Source: Enoplolaimus lenunculus (lineage: Eukaryota). From it: DNA of 64,000 bases. Positions within the stretch are counted from its first letter, which is position 1. Every line of letters starts with the position of its first letter. Below are positions 1 through 9,741 of this stretch, piece by piece. The stretch is from positions 1-64,000 of the forward strand of contig JASANG010000641.1 of NCBI GenBank assembly GCA_030248215.1, read 5' to 3'. Under the pieces are notes generated by a model. The model saw only the letters and a program-made list of their open reading frames with translations. It had not been told where the DNA came from and did not search any database. The translations under genes were made by a program, and so were the position numbers.

Positions 1-664
1 GACGAACTACGGGATATGAGGGATTATTTTGAACGGGAGATCGACACACACATCTATGAAACGATCCGTTTCCCGTACAAAGCGGCTGCAGTGATCATGC
101 ATGTGTGTCGTGAGGCGTTCGCGTGGAATCAGTACGTGGACAAGGCGCGTGATTTGCTGGCGCAACTACAGGAGCAAATCCCGCGGCGAGCAGCGGATAT
201 GGTAGCCATGAATCGCCATTATATGAGGATGTATTGCGAATTGGCGAATCGTATAACAACTGGAATGCGCAATGCAATCAACGCGGACGGTGATGTGATC
301 ACATCAAACGACGTCATTGCACCTCCTCAGGTCGTTTGGTGGCAAATGTATGGTGGCGAAACCGATGATGAATGGCCACATTTTATGCGACGGGTTTTTA
401 ACGAGGGACATGTATTTTTGAACTTATTGGATAAAACTATAAAACCGGAGCGATTGACTCCGCGGGATTACCAATATCCACCGGATGATCTCCAATTATC
501 ACTACCACAACAAAGAATGGGGACTTCTACGGAACCGGGCCGATAAAACAGGCCGCAACCGCAGCGTGCACATTCGACACCAGGTGGATGACCGGATACC
601 TGGCGGACCCGTCCGGCTGCATGACGGCGAGCCGCGCACCGTCCCAAAGAGAATAATAACTTAA
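1..664 (+). pseudogene. Unknown ORF truncated by the window edge, with a probable +1 frameshift near 490; likely carried by a mobile element
   Basis: The frame is open from base 1 (DELRDMRDYFERE...) to a stop at 546. At GATGATCTCCAATTAT (484-499) the +1 frame continues with protein-like sequence NYHYHNKEWGLLRNRADKTGRNRSVHIRHQVDDRIPGGPVRLHDGEPRTVPKRIIT* to 664. GC content is higher than in the host intergenic DNA. No family recognised. Confidence 0.45.
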
Positions 665-849
665 GCTAAGGAGTTTTAACTAAACTTAGGATTAAGCGCG
701 CAATACTAACTTAAAGTTAACTAAAATTACCCGTCCAAACATTTTTAATTAGAATAAGCGTACGTAGTCGCTATCCGCCAGTTATACAATTATCCACCTT
801 GCAATGGGCAGATCAGCCCAGGCTACGCATCCAACTCTTATGTGTGTGT

Positions 850-1281
850 CTAATTCGCGTTCAGGGGTAAATAATCGAAAAATGTGGGTTGTGTACCGGA
901 TACAAATTTCATGGGGGAGGCAATTAGAATTTGCTTACAGGAACTACACCAGCTTTGTGTGAACACTTTATTAAAGAAATGTAACTGCACCAGAGATGAA
1001 AGCCATTTGTGGCGGAAAAGACGAAAAAGTAAAATAAAGCATACAAAGTATAACAAAGACTTAGCCATTACCTCGTCGGTTTCCCGTTCCGCACCAGGTG
1101 CGCTCGCTGATTTAGGCACCGGTGCCGGCAGGGCGGTCGCCTGCCGAACACCGGAGCTGGAGGGGCGAAATTCATCTGCATCAGGATTGAGATCCGTGGA
1201 AGTTGAGCAGGTAGCACGTACATCCGCTCCCAGAGTTTGAAAGGACGGCACGATTTTGCTTTGGTCCGATTTTTGAGCCAT
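850..1281 (-). CDS. Small protein with a PAM2 (PABP-interacting) motif; possibly spliced
   Basis: ATG at 1281. LNPDADEFRP (1162-1191) fits the PAM2 consensus LNPxAxEFxP. A possible in-frame 87-nt intron runs from 1071 to 985 (GAG|gtaatg ... tgcag|TTA). Confidence 0.35.
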   Translation of the reverse strand: MAQKSDQSKIVPSFQTLGADVRATCSTSTDLNPDADEFRPSSSGVRQATALPAPVPKSASAPGAERETDEVMAKSLLYFVCFILLFRLFRHKWLSSLVQLHFFNKVFTQSWCSSCKQILIASPMKFVSGTQPTFFDYLPLNAN

Positions 1282-1713
1282 GTAAAATTAACTGGACTAG
1301 TTATATCACATAAATATTTTAAATAACCTGAATGCAATTGGGTTAAAACCTATCAGATTCCGAATCCGGCAATCGATTCTACACACAAATGAATCGTGAA
1401 ATACACTTACTATTATCTCCGGTGTTGAAAATGTAGGAATCGGTAACGGCGGCAGGTCAGGCCGATCGGCGCTTAAACCTGCCCAGCACGGATGTCGCAA
1501 AATTGTCCAACCACAGAAATCTATACCAGTTGCCCAGGACCAACCCACCCGCGATCGCAAGCGGGCGGCCCGTGCAACTGAAAAATTTGAAGTCATATTA
1601 AAAACAGAGCGAAAACTAACAAATTTAATTGCAAATCTTTTTCACCCACCGAAAACACTCTCTTCCACCAGGCAGATTTAAACACCCTATCCTAAATTGG
1701 TTGACTATTTTGC

Positions 1714-1744
1714 ATAACCGGTCCGCGGATCCCGGACCGGTTAT
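1714..1744. other. Perfect GC-rich hairpin (12-bp stem)
   Basis: ATAACCGGTCCG-cggatcc-CGGACCGGTTAT. Confidence 0.8.
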
Positions 1745-2113
1745 TTCCAACAATAACACAAAAACCCCAATATCAAACTCAAACCACCTCTAAGGCATTC
1801 AAAACTGCAAAACTCAAGGCACACTACCTCATAATTCTCGCCAAGAATTTCCACGTATACCGATAATAATATTCACATTAGAAAATTACCACCACTACAT
1901 ATTACACTAACTATATAAAACGTAAAAACACATAAAATTTTAAACTCTCCATACACAATACACCAAGCCAGTAAAACTACACATATAACAAGAAGGAATT
2001 TATTTAGTCAACACTAGCTATACATCACCATCATTTTATAATTTTACAAAATTTCAGGGAAAATCTTCCGCAGTTTTATAAGTTTTTAAGGCAAAACCGG
2101 GCAAATCCGCCCT

Positions 2114-2137
2114 GCCCAAGCTGAATCCAGCTTGGGC
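2114..2137. other. Perfect GC-rich hairpin (10-bp stem)
   Basis: GCCCAAGCTG-aatc-CAGCTTGGGC. Confidence 0.75.
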
Positions 2138-2930
2138 GAAACTTTTTAGCACGTTTACAAATAGTTATAGCAACTATTTAGTCTTTCAGAGTTAATCAAC
2201 TCCTATACTAGTAAGTTCGATATTTTCAGCCAAGTAAAACCTTGCCAAAAGTACTCCAAACTTAGTAAACCGAATGAAAAGGGACTTAATCAAGTCAATC
2301 CTATCCATTTCAATAATATTTCACGCTTAAAACACCCAAATGCTCGCCTCACAAGATTTATCGAGTTATCCCGATTTTACCTTATTCATTACCGCATGTC
2401 CGACGCCGCAAGCAAGCCTCTCGATCTAGAGCCTTCAATTTCTGCACCCACCGAGCTTTGGGCTTACCGGACAGCGATTCCACAGATCAGTGGCGACGCT
2501 TCCAGGGTCCACCAGCCCTTTTCTGATCAACTCACAATATACTGTGCAGAAAAGCATCTCACACCAGAATTCGGTGCTCACCCGATGTCACATACTAAAT
2601 TCTCGAACCTATACGAGATGATGGACATATCCACATCTCTACAGCACCATTAGTCTACCATTACTAGACTAAAATTAGCATGTCTGAATGGCTCATTGTT
2701 AATACATCAAAATTAGGCAGCGACTTTAGTATTTACTTAACCTGAGTATATACGCTTTTAGAAACGAAAAAATGGAGTGTTTCTGAAAACTTAGTTAACT
2801 ACATATCCACTTAAGTTTTGCAAAGTAATTACTTAAGAAAAGAAGAACTCCCGTCAAAAACTTTCCGAAAATTAATATTTACTTATTAACTTAAGCATCT
2901 TTCTCAAATATCAAATTGGTTAAGTTATTA

Positions 2931-3084
2931 AGCCAATGTGTAAATCGGGGCTTTAGCAGTAGTATTTATATCCCTAAGCCTACACCTAAGAATAGGAATA
3001 AGCTTATACATAAACCTGAGTCTTAGCCTAGCTTACTTCGTATCAGTCTCATGACAAACGGTCTGCCCCTGATCTATATGGTCC
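2931..3084 (+). mobile_element. TTAGGC-repeat MITE, degenerate copy (type A)
   Basis: Ends gccaatgtgtaaatcgggg ... gcccctgatctatatggtcc; internal cctaag repeats. Confidence 0.65.
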
Positions 3085-4002
3085 AGCAACTGCTTAGCAA
3101 AGATTTAAGTATAAAGTTATGCTTTAGTGAAAGGTTTCAGAATTCCAGCCATTATTCCGTACGTTTTCGCGCAATTACGTCCACACTTGGTCTATTTCAA
3201 GATATATACTTTTTACATAGTCCCTGAATGTCGACTTCGATTTAAGTCGGAGCTCCAGTTCAACTCATGTTTTGCTTCAAACGAAAATTCTACAGTAGAA
3301 CAGACCTCTTCCAAGTGTTATGGTTGTTGTTGTTGTTATTCATTGTTAATGTTTTATACGTAGATTTTCAGTTTATTTTCGCTGGACGAAGACGTAGGCG
3401 GTCAAATTATGTGCAATTAGGGTAACCGGTTTGGGCCGGTGACTATAAACCAGACAGTTGTTATTTTGGTTCGTTTTGCATGCTGACTTATAGACTACAA
3501 AAAACTTTACTCTTCCCCAAGTCTTAAAACAGACCTTTGGTGCGGCCTACAGGGAGCAAAGCTAAGAGTAATGCTTCAACGGACGGCTGAAACTGCAGTC
3601 GAACTCTCGGCGCAGTGGACAGCGAGGTGCCGTTGGGCTGAGTTACCGGAGTGGAGCAACTGACTGGCTGCACAAATGTGCTATAACCGCACACTTTCCA
3701 CGTTTTTTACGAGTATAACGGTTAGCATGCAAACCTGCTTAAATTTACTGAACGGCATAACAGACGATTATTTTCCACACGGAACTTAAGATTCTTATCG
3801 TTCTGAACATGCACGAACTGTAATGAAAGCATATATATTCCGTCAAACAAAGAAATTGTATCACATTTCCACATATAATGATATAATAGGATTTGAGTGA
3901 AAAATTCTAGATCAGAATTTTGTCAATTTAACCAAAATTTTTCGTAAAAACGTTCTAATATATACATAATACATATTTCTTTGAATATAGCCGCGAGCAA
4001 AT

Positions 4003-4030
4003 ACAAGAGTCACCGCCCGAGGGCGGTGAC
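4003..4030 (-). mobile_element. Helitron/Helentron-like 3' terminus
   Basis: Minus strand reads GTCACCGCCC-tc-GGGCGGTGAC, a 10-bp palindrome, followed directly by TCTTGT, which resembles the hairpin + CTRR end. The matching 5' end was not located. Confidence 0.4.
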
Positions 4031-4494
4031 AAAAATGTAATTGACAATATTGCCCATTACACCTATCATCGTTAAAACTAGGTTTATTTGCCGATGGATG
4101 ATCAGTGAATCAAAATATTCTCTTCTGTACAAAATCGTTGTAGTTAAAGAACTTAAGAGCGCGTAAGTCACATTTCTTTACGGTTTCGTCGCAATTTAAC
4201 TTAAGACCTCGTTCAGAAAGCTGTAAATATATTGTTCTACGCCAAAGAAAAATATAACCTCTATTGGAGCGCGAAGAATTCAAGCGTATGGAATGTCATA
4301 TATTGTTGCTACCTTTTAAAAAGCCACAAATATTTTTCGATATAACAGCATGTTTCTGGAGTGTAACACTTATTTTTTACACAAACGATAAAAACAGTAT
4401 AAAAATTTATCTGGTTTTAAGATTCTTATGAAAATTTCAGGCGGGTAAAAAAATCACAAATTTTTAACCACGTTTGACATTCTTTACCCGCTGG

Positions 4495-4880
4495 CAGTGG
4501 CGGACCCAGGATCTCAAAATGGGGGGGGGGGGGGCAAAAATTCACAAATAAACTTATTTTTGACACATACTGTAGTGACTCAAATAAGAGGGGGTCCCCA
4601 TTTTGAGTCCCAATTAATAGTAGTCCGTATCTCTAATAAGAATCCGTAAGCGGGTAGAGTCCTTAAACCCTTGTTTAGAATCCATAAATGTCTATTATCC
4701 CTAATTGTAGCGCATAAATGACTCCAGGGCCAAGAAACTTTAAAGCGTGCTTATATATACTGTTGTGTATAGAACAGAGAAATAAACAGCGTAGAACAGC
4801 AATTGACACTATATAATTTTTGTCGAGATGCTGTTGGGGGGGGGGCACGGCCGGGGTGGCCCAGCGTGGATCCGCCATGG
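4495..4880. mobile_element. hAT-like MITE containing a nested fragment of the CTGTAGTGACCCGAATAAG-TIR family
   Basis: TIRs CAGTGGCGGACCC ... GGATCCGCCATGG with poly-G tracts. Internal 4570-4670 matches 55169-55280. Confidence 0.6.
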
Positions 4881-4915
4881 GTTTTACGCGCCCAAAATTT
4901 TTTACCCGAAGCCAC

Positions 4916-5467
4916 GCCCATGTAAGTTCAAAGACTATTTAAACGTAGCCCATGAGTTCAAAGCTATTTAAACGTAGCCCATGAGTTCAGACTATTTAAA
5001 CGTAGCCCATGAGTTCAGACTATTTAAACGTAGCCCATGAGTTCAGACTATTTAAACGTAGCCCATGAGTTCAAAGACTATTTAAATGTAGCCCATGAGT
5101 TAAAAGACTATTTAAACGTAGCCCATGAGTTCAAAGACTATTTAAACGTAGCCCATGAGTTCAAAGACTATTTAAACGTAGCCCATGAGTTCAAAGACTA
5201 TTTAAACGTAGCCCATGAGTTCAAAGACTATTTAAACGTAGCCCATGAGTTCAAAGACTATTTAAACGTAGCCCACGAGTTCAGACTATTTAAACGTAGC
5301 CCAAGAGTTTAGACTATTTAAACGTAGCCCATGAGTTCAGCCTATTGAAACGTAGCCCATGAGTTCAAAGACTATTTCAACGTAGCCCATGAGTTCAAAG
5401 ACTATTTAAACGTAGCCCATGAGTTCAAAGACTATTTAAACGTAGCCCATGTGTTCAAAGACTATTT
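4916..5467. repeat. Minisatellite, 30-bp unit (28-bp variants), about 18 copies
   Basis: Unit GCCCATGAGTTCAAAGACTATTTAAACGTA; variants lack AA. Confidence 0.97.
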
Positions 5468-5952
5468 TGCTTTTGCAAAACCATTTAAAAATTAAGATGA
5501 AAACAGAGTTCAAATTATAAACACAACTACGTAGACGAGACTTTAACTTATTTTTGGTTTTTACAGCGATTTGATCTTAAATTTAAAGGCAATTTTGAAA
5601 CCTTTGATTGGTTTGTTGAAAAAACAAGCTTCTTGAGCAATTTTGGAAATAATTTGCAATATTTATCGATAAAGTCGTTAAAATTTATACATATTCAAAT
5701 CTTTATTTTGATGACCTAATTTTAATACATCTGTGGCTCATGGGAAAATTTGTTGACCTCCAGCTCGTGGGACAATTTGTTGACCTCCGGCTCCGCGTTT
5801 TTGTTTCATTATGGCTGCTCCCTATTTAAAGGTGATATGTACTTACTACCACCATAGTCTTGAAAAATTCAGTTTATAGCAAAGGGTTTTTATGCAGCTG
5901 TGACACACGAATATAATTATATGCTATGAAATAATTGATATTTTGAAATTTA

Positions 5953-7276
5953 TCAGTCAGTAACATGAAGTCGTGCGACATCTTTATAACATGTATAACC
6001 CGGCCAACTTTGCTCCAAGTCACCATTCCTGTTGCATATTTGAGTTTCGTTACTTGATTTATGTTCTGTTTGAACCGAATTAAGGTTCGATGTCAACTGT
6101 TGGACCGATGTTTCTCTGCAGTTGTCGTGCGAGGGATCAAAGATTGGAGCAGTTCGCATTCGCTTAACATAATCACCATCGTTCACTGTGTTAAGCAATT
6201 TGGCAAGAAGCACAGTATCTGTGGTTGCTGAAGACAACCTGTTCGACGCCGTCTCTGTTGGGATCACCTTGTGCGAACCTTCTACAGGACCGTCTGAGAA
6301 ATGAGCGGTCGGTCTGGATGTTAAACGGATATCTCTATTTGACCCTGGGGCAAAATCTACCACATCTACCACCGGCACAGCGTATCCGCTTTCGTCATAC
6401 TGTGTCACTATTGAGTGCTTTCGCTGAATTCCGAGTCCGTATTGTGTAGAACATCGCATTGGATGATTTGAAGCGAATTTTTCTGCTGGACTCGACTGCT
6501 CGAGGTTAAATAAACGCCAATTTGAAGGGATGTTTGCCGACATTAACGTATCACCGTGGGATTGATTGCTAGTTGTATCCATTGATGATGAGTAACCTGA
6601 AGTTTCAGTGAATTCACCCCCTGGTGATGGATACAGCGGAGGTGTTGCCTTTGGATTAAACTCGGTGTTCTTGTTTTGTGTCGAGATCAACAACTTTTTT
6701 GTTGGACATTCTCCGCTAAATGCAGACACACGGCGAGTTGGGTTTAATGGATTGCTGTCTATTTGTTTGTTTTTGTAATGTTTTGTTTGACGAGTACGAT
6801 AGTATAGCCGTACTGTCAGTGCAACTGCAATTACTGCTGCGGTAAACGAAATGCAAAACATTGCGATTGCTGCTGGTGTTATGAATTTATTTCTGTCATT
6901 AATATTATTATTATTATTATTGTTGTTGTTGTTGTTGTGGTTGTTATGATTGCTGTTGAGACCGTTAGACCGATAACTCGCTGTTCGTTCGGATCTATCA
7001 ATTTTAGTCATTGGCTGCCGTTTGGGCCGCCGACTTAGCGGCGAAAAGTAAAGACCAGAAGGCCAACAACCGTGTTCTATTGTTAAAAAACGTTTGGCAA
7101 TTAGCATTCCTGAATTTGCACTTACAGAAAACGAAATATTAACAACAGTGTCGTTAATAGCACTGACAGAATCATCCTGATTATATCTGATAAGTTCATC
7201 GCAATTGAACTCCGCTTGATATTGCCAAATGGTTGCTGTAGGATGAATAACTTTACAAAGTTGTTTTGATTGTTGT

Positions 7277-7343
<67 letters not shown>

Positions 7344-9548
7344 GCTGTTGTTGTTGTTGTCGTTGTTGTTTTTGTTGTTGTTGTTCTTGTTGAATCTGCT
7401 GGTGTCGAATGCTTCTATCTATCGCGGATCCAAAATCAAGCTCAATGCAAACTCGAAATTGGTCTAAAAATTCAACTATTGACTGCCGTACTCGCCATTT
7501 CAGTTGAAATTGTGTTGCTGATAAAGTATACTGCGAGCTGGGGTCACTGATAGTAGGTTGAAGAGTTGATTTAGTTGACTGGTTGTATTCTAGTATACTT
7601 TCGCTAAAATTTAAATCTAACGCTTCATCAAAATTATCAAATATTTCAGTCGGTCGAGCCGCTGGAGCGCATGCTTGGGCAGAATTGTCGCATACTGAGA
7701 GCATTATATATCGCGCGGCGGTTGGCAAAACATATGATCGTTGCTCTGCAGGCAGCAATTGAGAAAATCTAAAGTTACCCAAGCAATCACTTGGTAACCG
7801 ATGCTTTGACGTCATAACTACAAAAGTTATGTTACTAGCTACGCTGCCCGATTTCGATTGATAAGGGGCTGAATTTTGTAAGTTCAACTTCGGAACGTTG
7901 TTTTCGCGTATTGCAATTGTAGTTTCGTCGGCCACACGCGTCCTCCACATCAGTAACCCTTGATAATGCTGTGGTGTTGTTTTAATGAATAAAATTTTTT
8001 GATGCGCGCTTTTTAAACGCCGCGGGTTAAGCTGGAAAGATCGGCTAGCTACGATGAGCTCGTCAATTTGAACTTGAACACTAACATTTGTTTCGTGATG
8101 GGTCAGTACTGATCTGCTACTACGGTAATTGAAGTTAGCGTCAATTGTGAAACATGGTTCGTGAGTTTTGAGCAGTGGACGCCGATTGAAATTGTTGAAT
8201 TTATGCTTCAAACGATAAGATACCGTTCGATTTCGGCAACTAGTAGCCAAGTTTTCCATCGGAGACAAAATAAGTTGTAATTTTTCGTCAGCAGCGTCAA
8301 CAAAATAGCTGTACACCATCGGCATATGATCCCAAATCAGTACAGCATCGCATTTCGATTTTACTGCACCTGGCCACAAATGTACCCGAACATAGTCGCT
8401 CCAATGTTGACTTTGTTCAACCCTGAGTCGAAATTTAAATTGCTGATGTATCTGATTATGATTCTCGTTTGTATTGCTCGTTGAACCTAATATTCGAACG
8501 TGCCCGTCTGAGGTGTTAACCTGGATGACGTCATAATAGTTGCTGCCATTTGATTGGTCGATTTCAACGAGGAATTTGATTGGTGGATCGATTTCGGCGA
8601 CTTGACGTGATACACGAATGGAAATTTCAAAGTATTGTCCGTCAAAATAAGTCACCGTTAGCGACTCCGCGTGCGGTTTATACACTGAAAGTAGTCGTAC
8701 TTTGATTGGTTCCAACTGAACTGTTGCTCCTCGTTTATTGGTTACATTCAAATGTAAACAAACTGCTCCATCCAGCGCTAGCGGAACAGGCGCTTGTTGA
8801 AATCCTTGTATCGGAGTTATCGATGTAATCAGGGGTGCCAGCATACAGTCGACGGTACAATTGGAATCGTGTAATTTGAGCGACTTATCAAAATTACTAC
8901 CGCGGCATTCTGTGTCGATATCACAGCCAGTGACAAAAGCGTTACGTATTTGTGTGCACGCGTTCGCACCTTTTTGCAAATACGGCGCAGTCCAACTGCA
9001 TTGTAAGCTTGAATTGGGTACTGTTTGAAAAGTGCAATTTATTTGCAACTCGTCGCGAAGTATATTTAACTTTGATTCTGGCAAACAATAGTTGAGCACA
9101 ACTGAACCTGAGTTACCCGAACGTTGATGCTTGCATTGATATTCGACTGAAGTAGCACCGAGTGGAAATTGAATACGTTCCAAGTGAAGCTGGTTGCTGG
9201 TTTTAGGTTTCTGTACCACGATAGGTTCGACCTTTTGATAGTAATAGCGTTTCCAACGAACTTGGCTTGCGCCGAAAAACGAATCGGGTTCATCACACGG
9301 TGCGCAGGTTAAATTTACCGGCTCGTGTGGGTAAACGTAAATCGCTTGAGCACATGATCGATACGGCGATAAAGTTTGAACGCTGAGACCGTCGTTGAAT
9401 GCTGTGCATTCGCACGATACAGATTTTAGCTCAGACTGCGTAGCGCTGTTTTGAGAGCTAAATGTTGTAGCACTGGTCAGGATGAAGCAGATTATAAATC
9501 TAACTTTAAAGGATTGAAAACACATCGTGGGACACTTCCGGTTCAAAG
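5953..9548 (-). CDS. Class I cytokine receptor-like protein (gp130/Domeless architecture), main coding exon
   Basis: 3.6-kb open frame. Signal peptide (VRFIICFILTSATTFS). Ig-like domain (VNLTC...VRW...EYQC). Cytokine-receptor Cys pattern (INC...LQCSW). Motifs LNVTNKRG and VYKP. FKFRLRV...HWSDY, a WSxWS variant, at 8392-8403. FnIII-like segments. TM helix at about 6811-6885. Pro-containing juxtamembrane segment (NPLNP). Tyr motifs in the tail. Acceptor atttcag ends at 9549, phase 1. Confidence 0.75.
6902..6957 (-). repeat. (AAC/AAT)n microsatellite encoding poly-Asn just outside the TM helix
   Basis: NSNHNNHNNNNNNNNNNN in the receptor ORF. Confidence 0.9.
7270..7401 (-). repeat. (CAA)n microsatellite encoding a 44-residue Gln-rich tract
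   Basis: (TTG)n on the plus strand, in frame within the receptor ORF. Confidence 0.95.
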
Positions 9549-9734
9549 CTGAAATGGTTGCATTTCGAGTTGAATTCAAGTATAAAATAAATTAAATACT
9601 TCAAATCTGAACATTCGTTATAAAGTTTTTGATTTCGCTGCTTAAATTTTGCAGCAAAGATGCAATTTAGCATGTACAAATTCAACCTAAACTATGAAAA
9701 GGTTAATGATGATTAAATGTTGCGCTGTACTCAC

Positions 9735-9741
9735 CGTTCAT
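9735..9741 (-). CDS. Putative 7-nt first coding exon of the receptor (ATG AAC G)
   Basis: ATGAACG|gtgagt donor. A 186-nt intron joins it in frame to the main exon (MN-A-LNRKCPTMCF...), giving 1200 aa. Alternative start: ATG at 9525. Confidence 0.55.

Noticed and set aside
4916..5467. CRISPR-like appearance and the ORF (DYLNVAHEFK)n
   Set aside because: The units are head-to-tail with no unique spacers, there are no cas genes, and the context is eukaryotic. The 28-bp variants break the frame.
7266..7550. Poly-Val and poly-Leu ORFs on the plus strand
   Set aside because: They are antisense readings of the receptor's CAA repeat.
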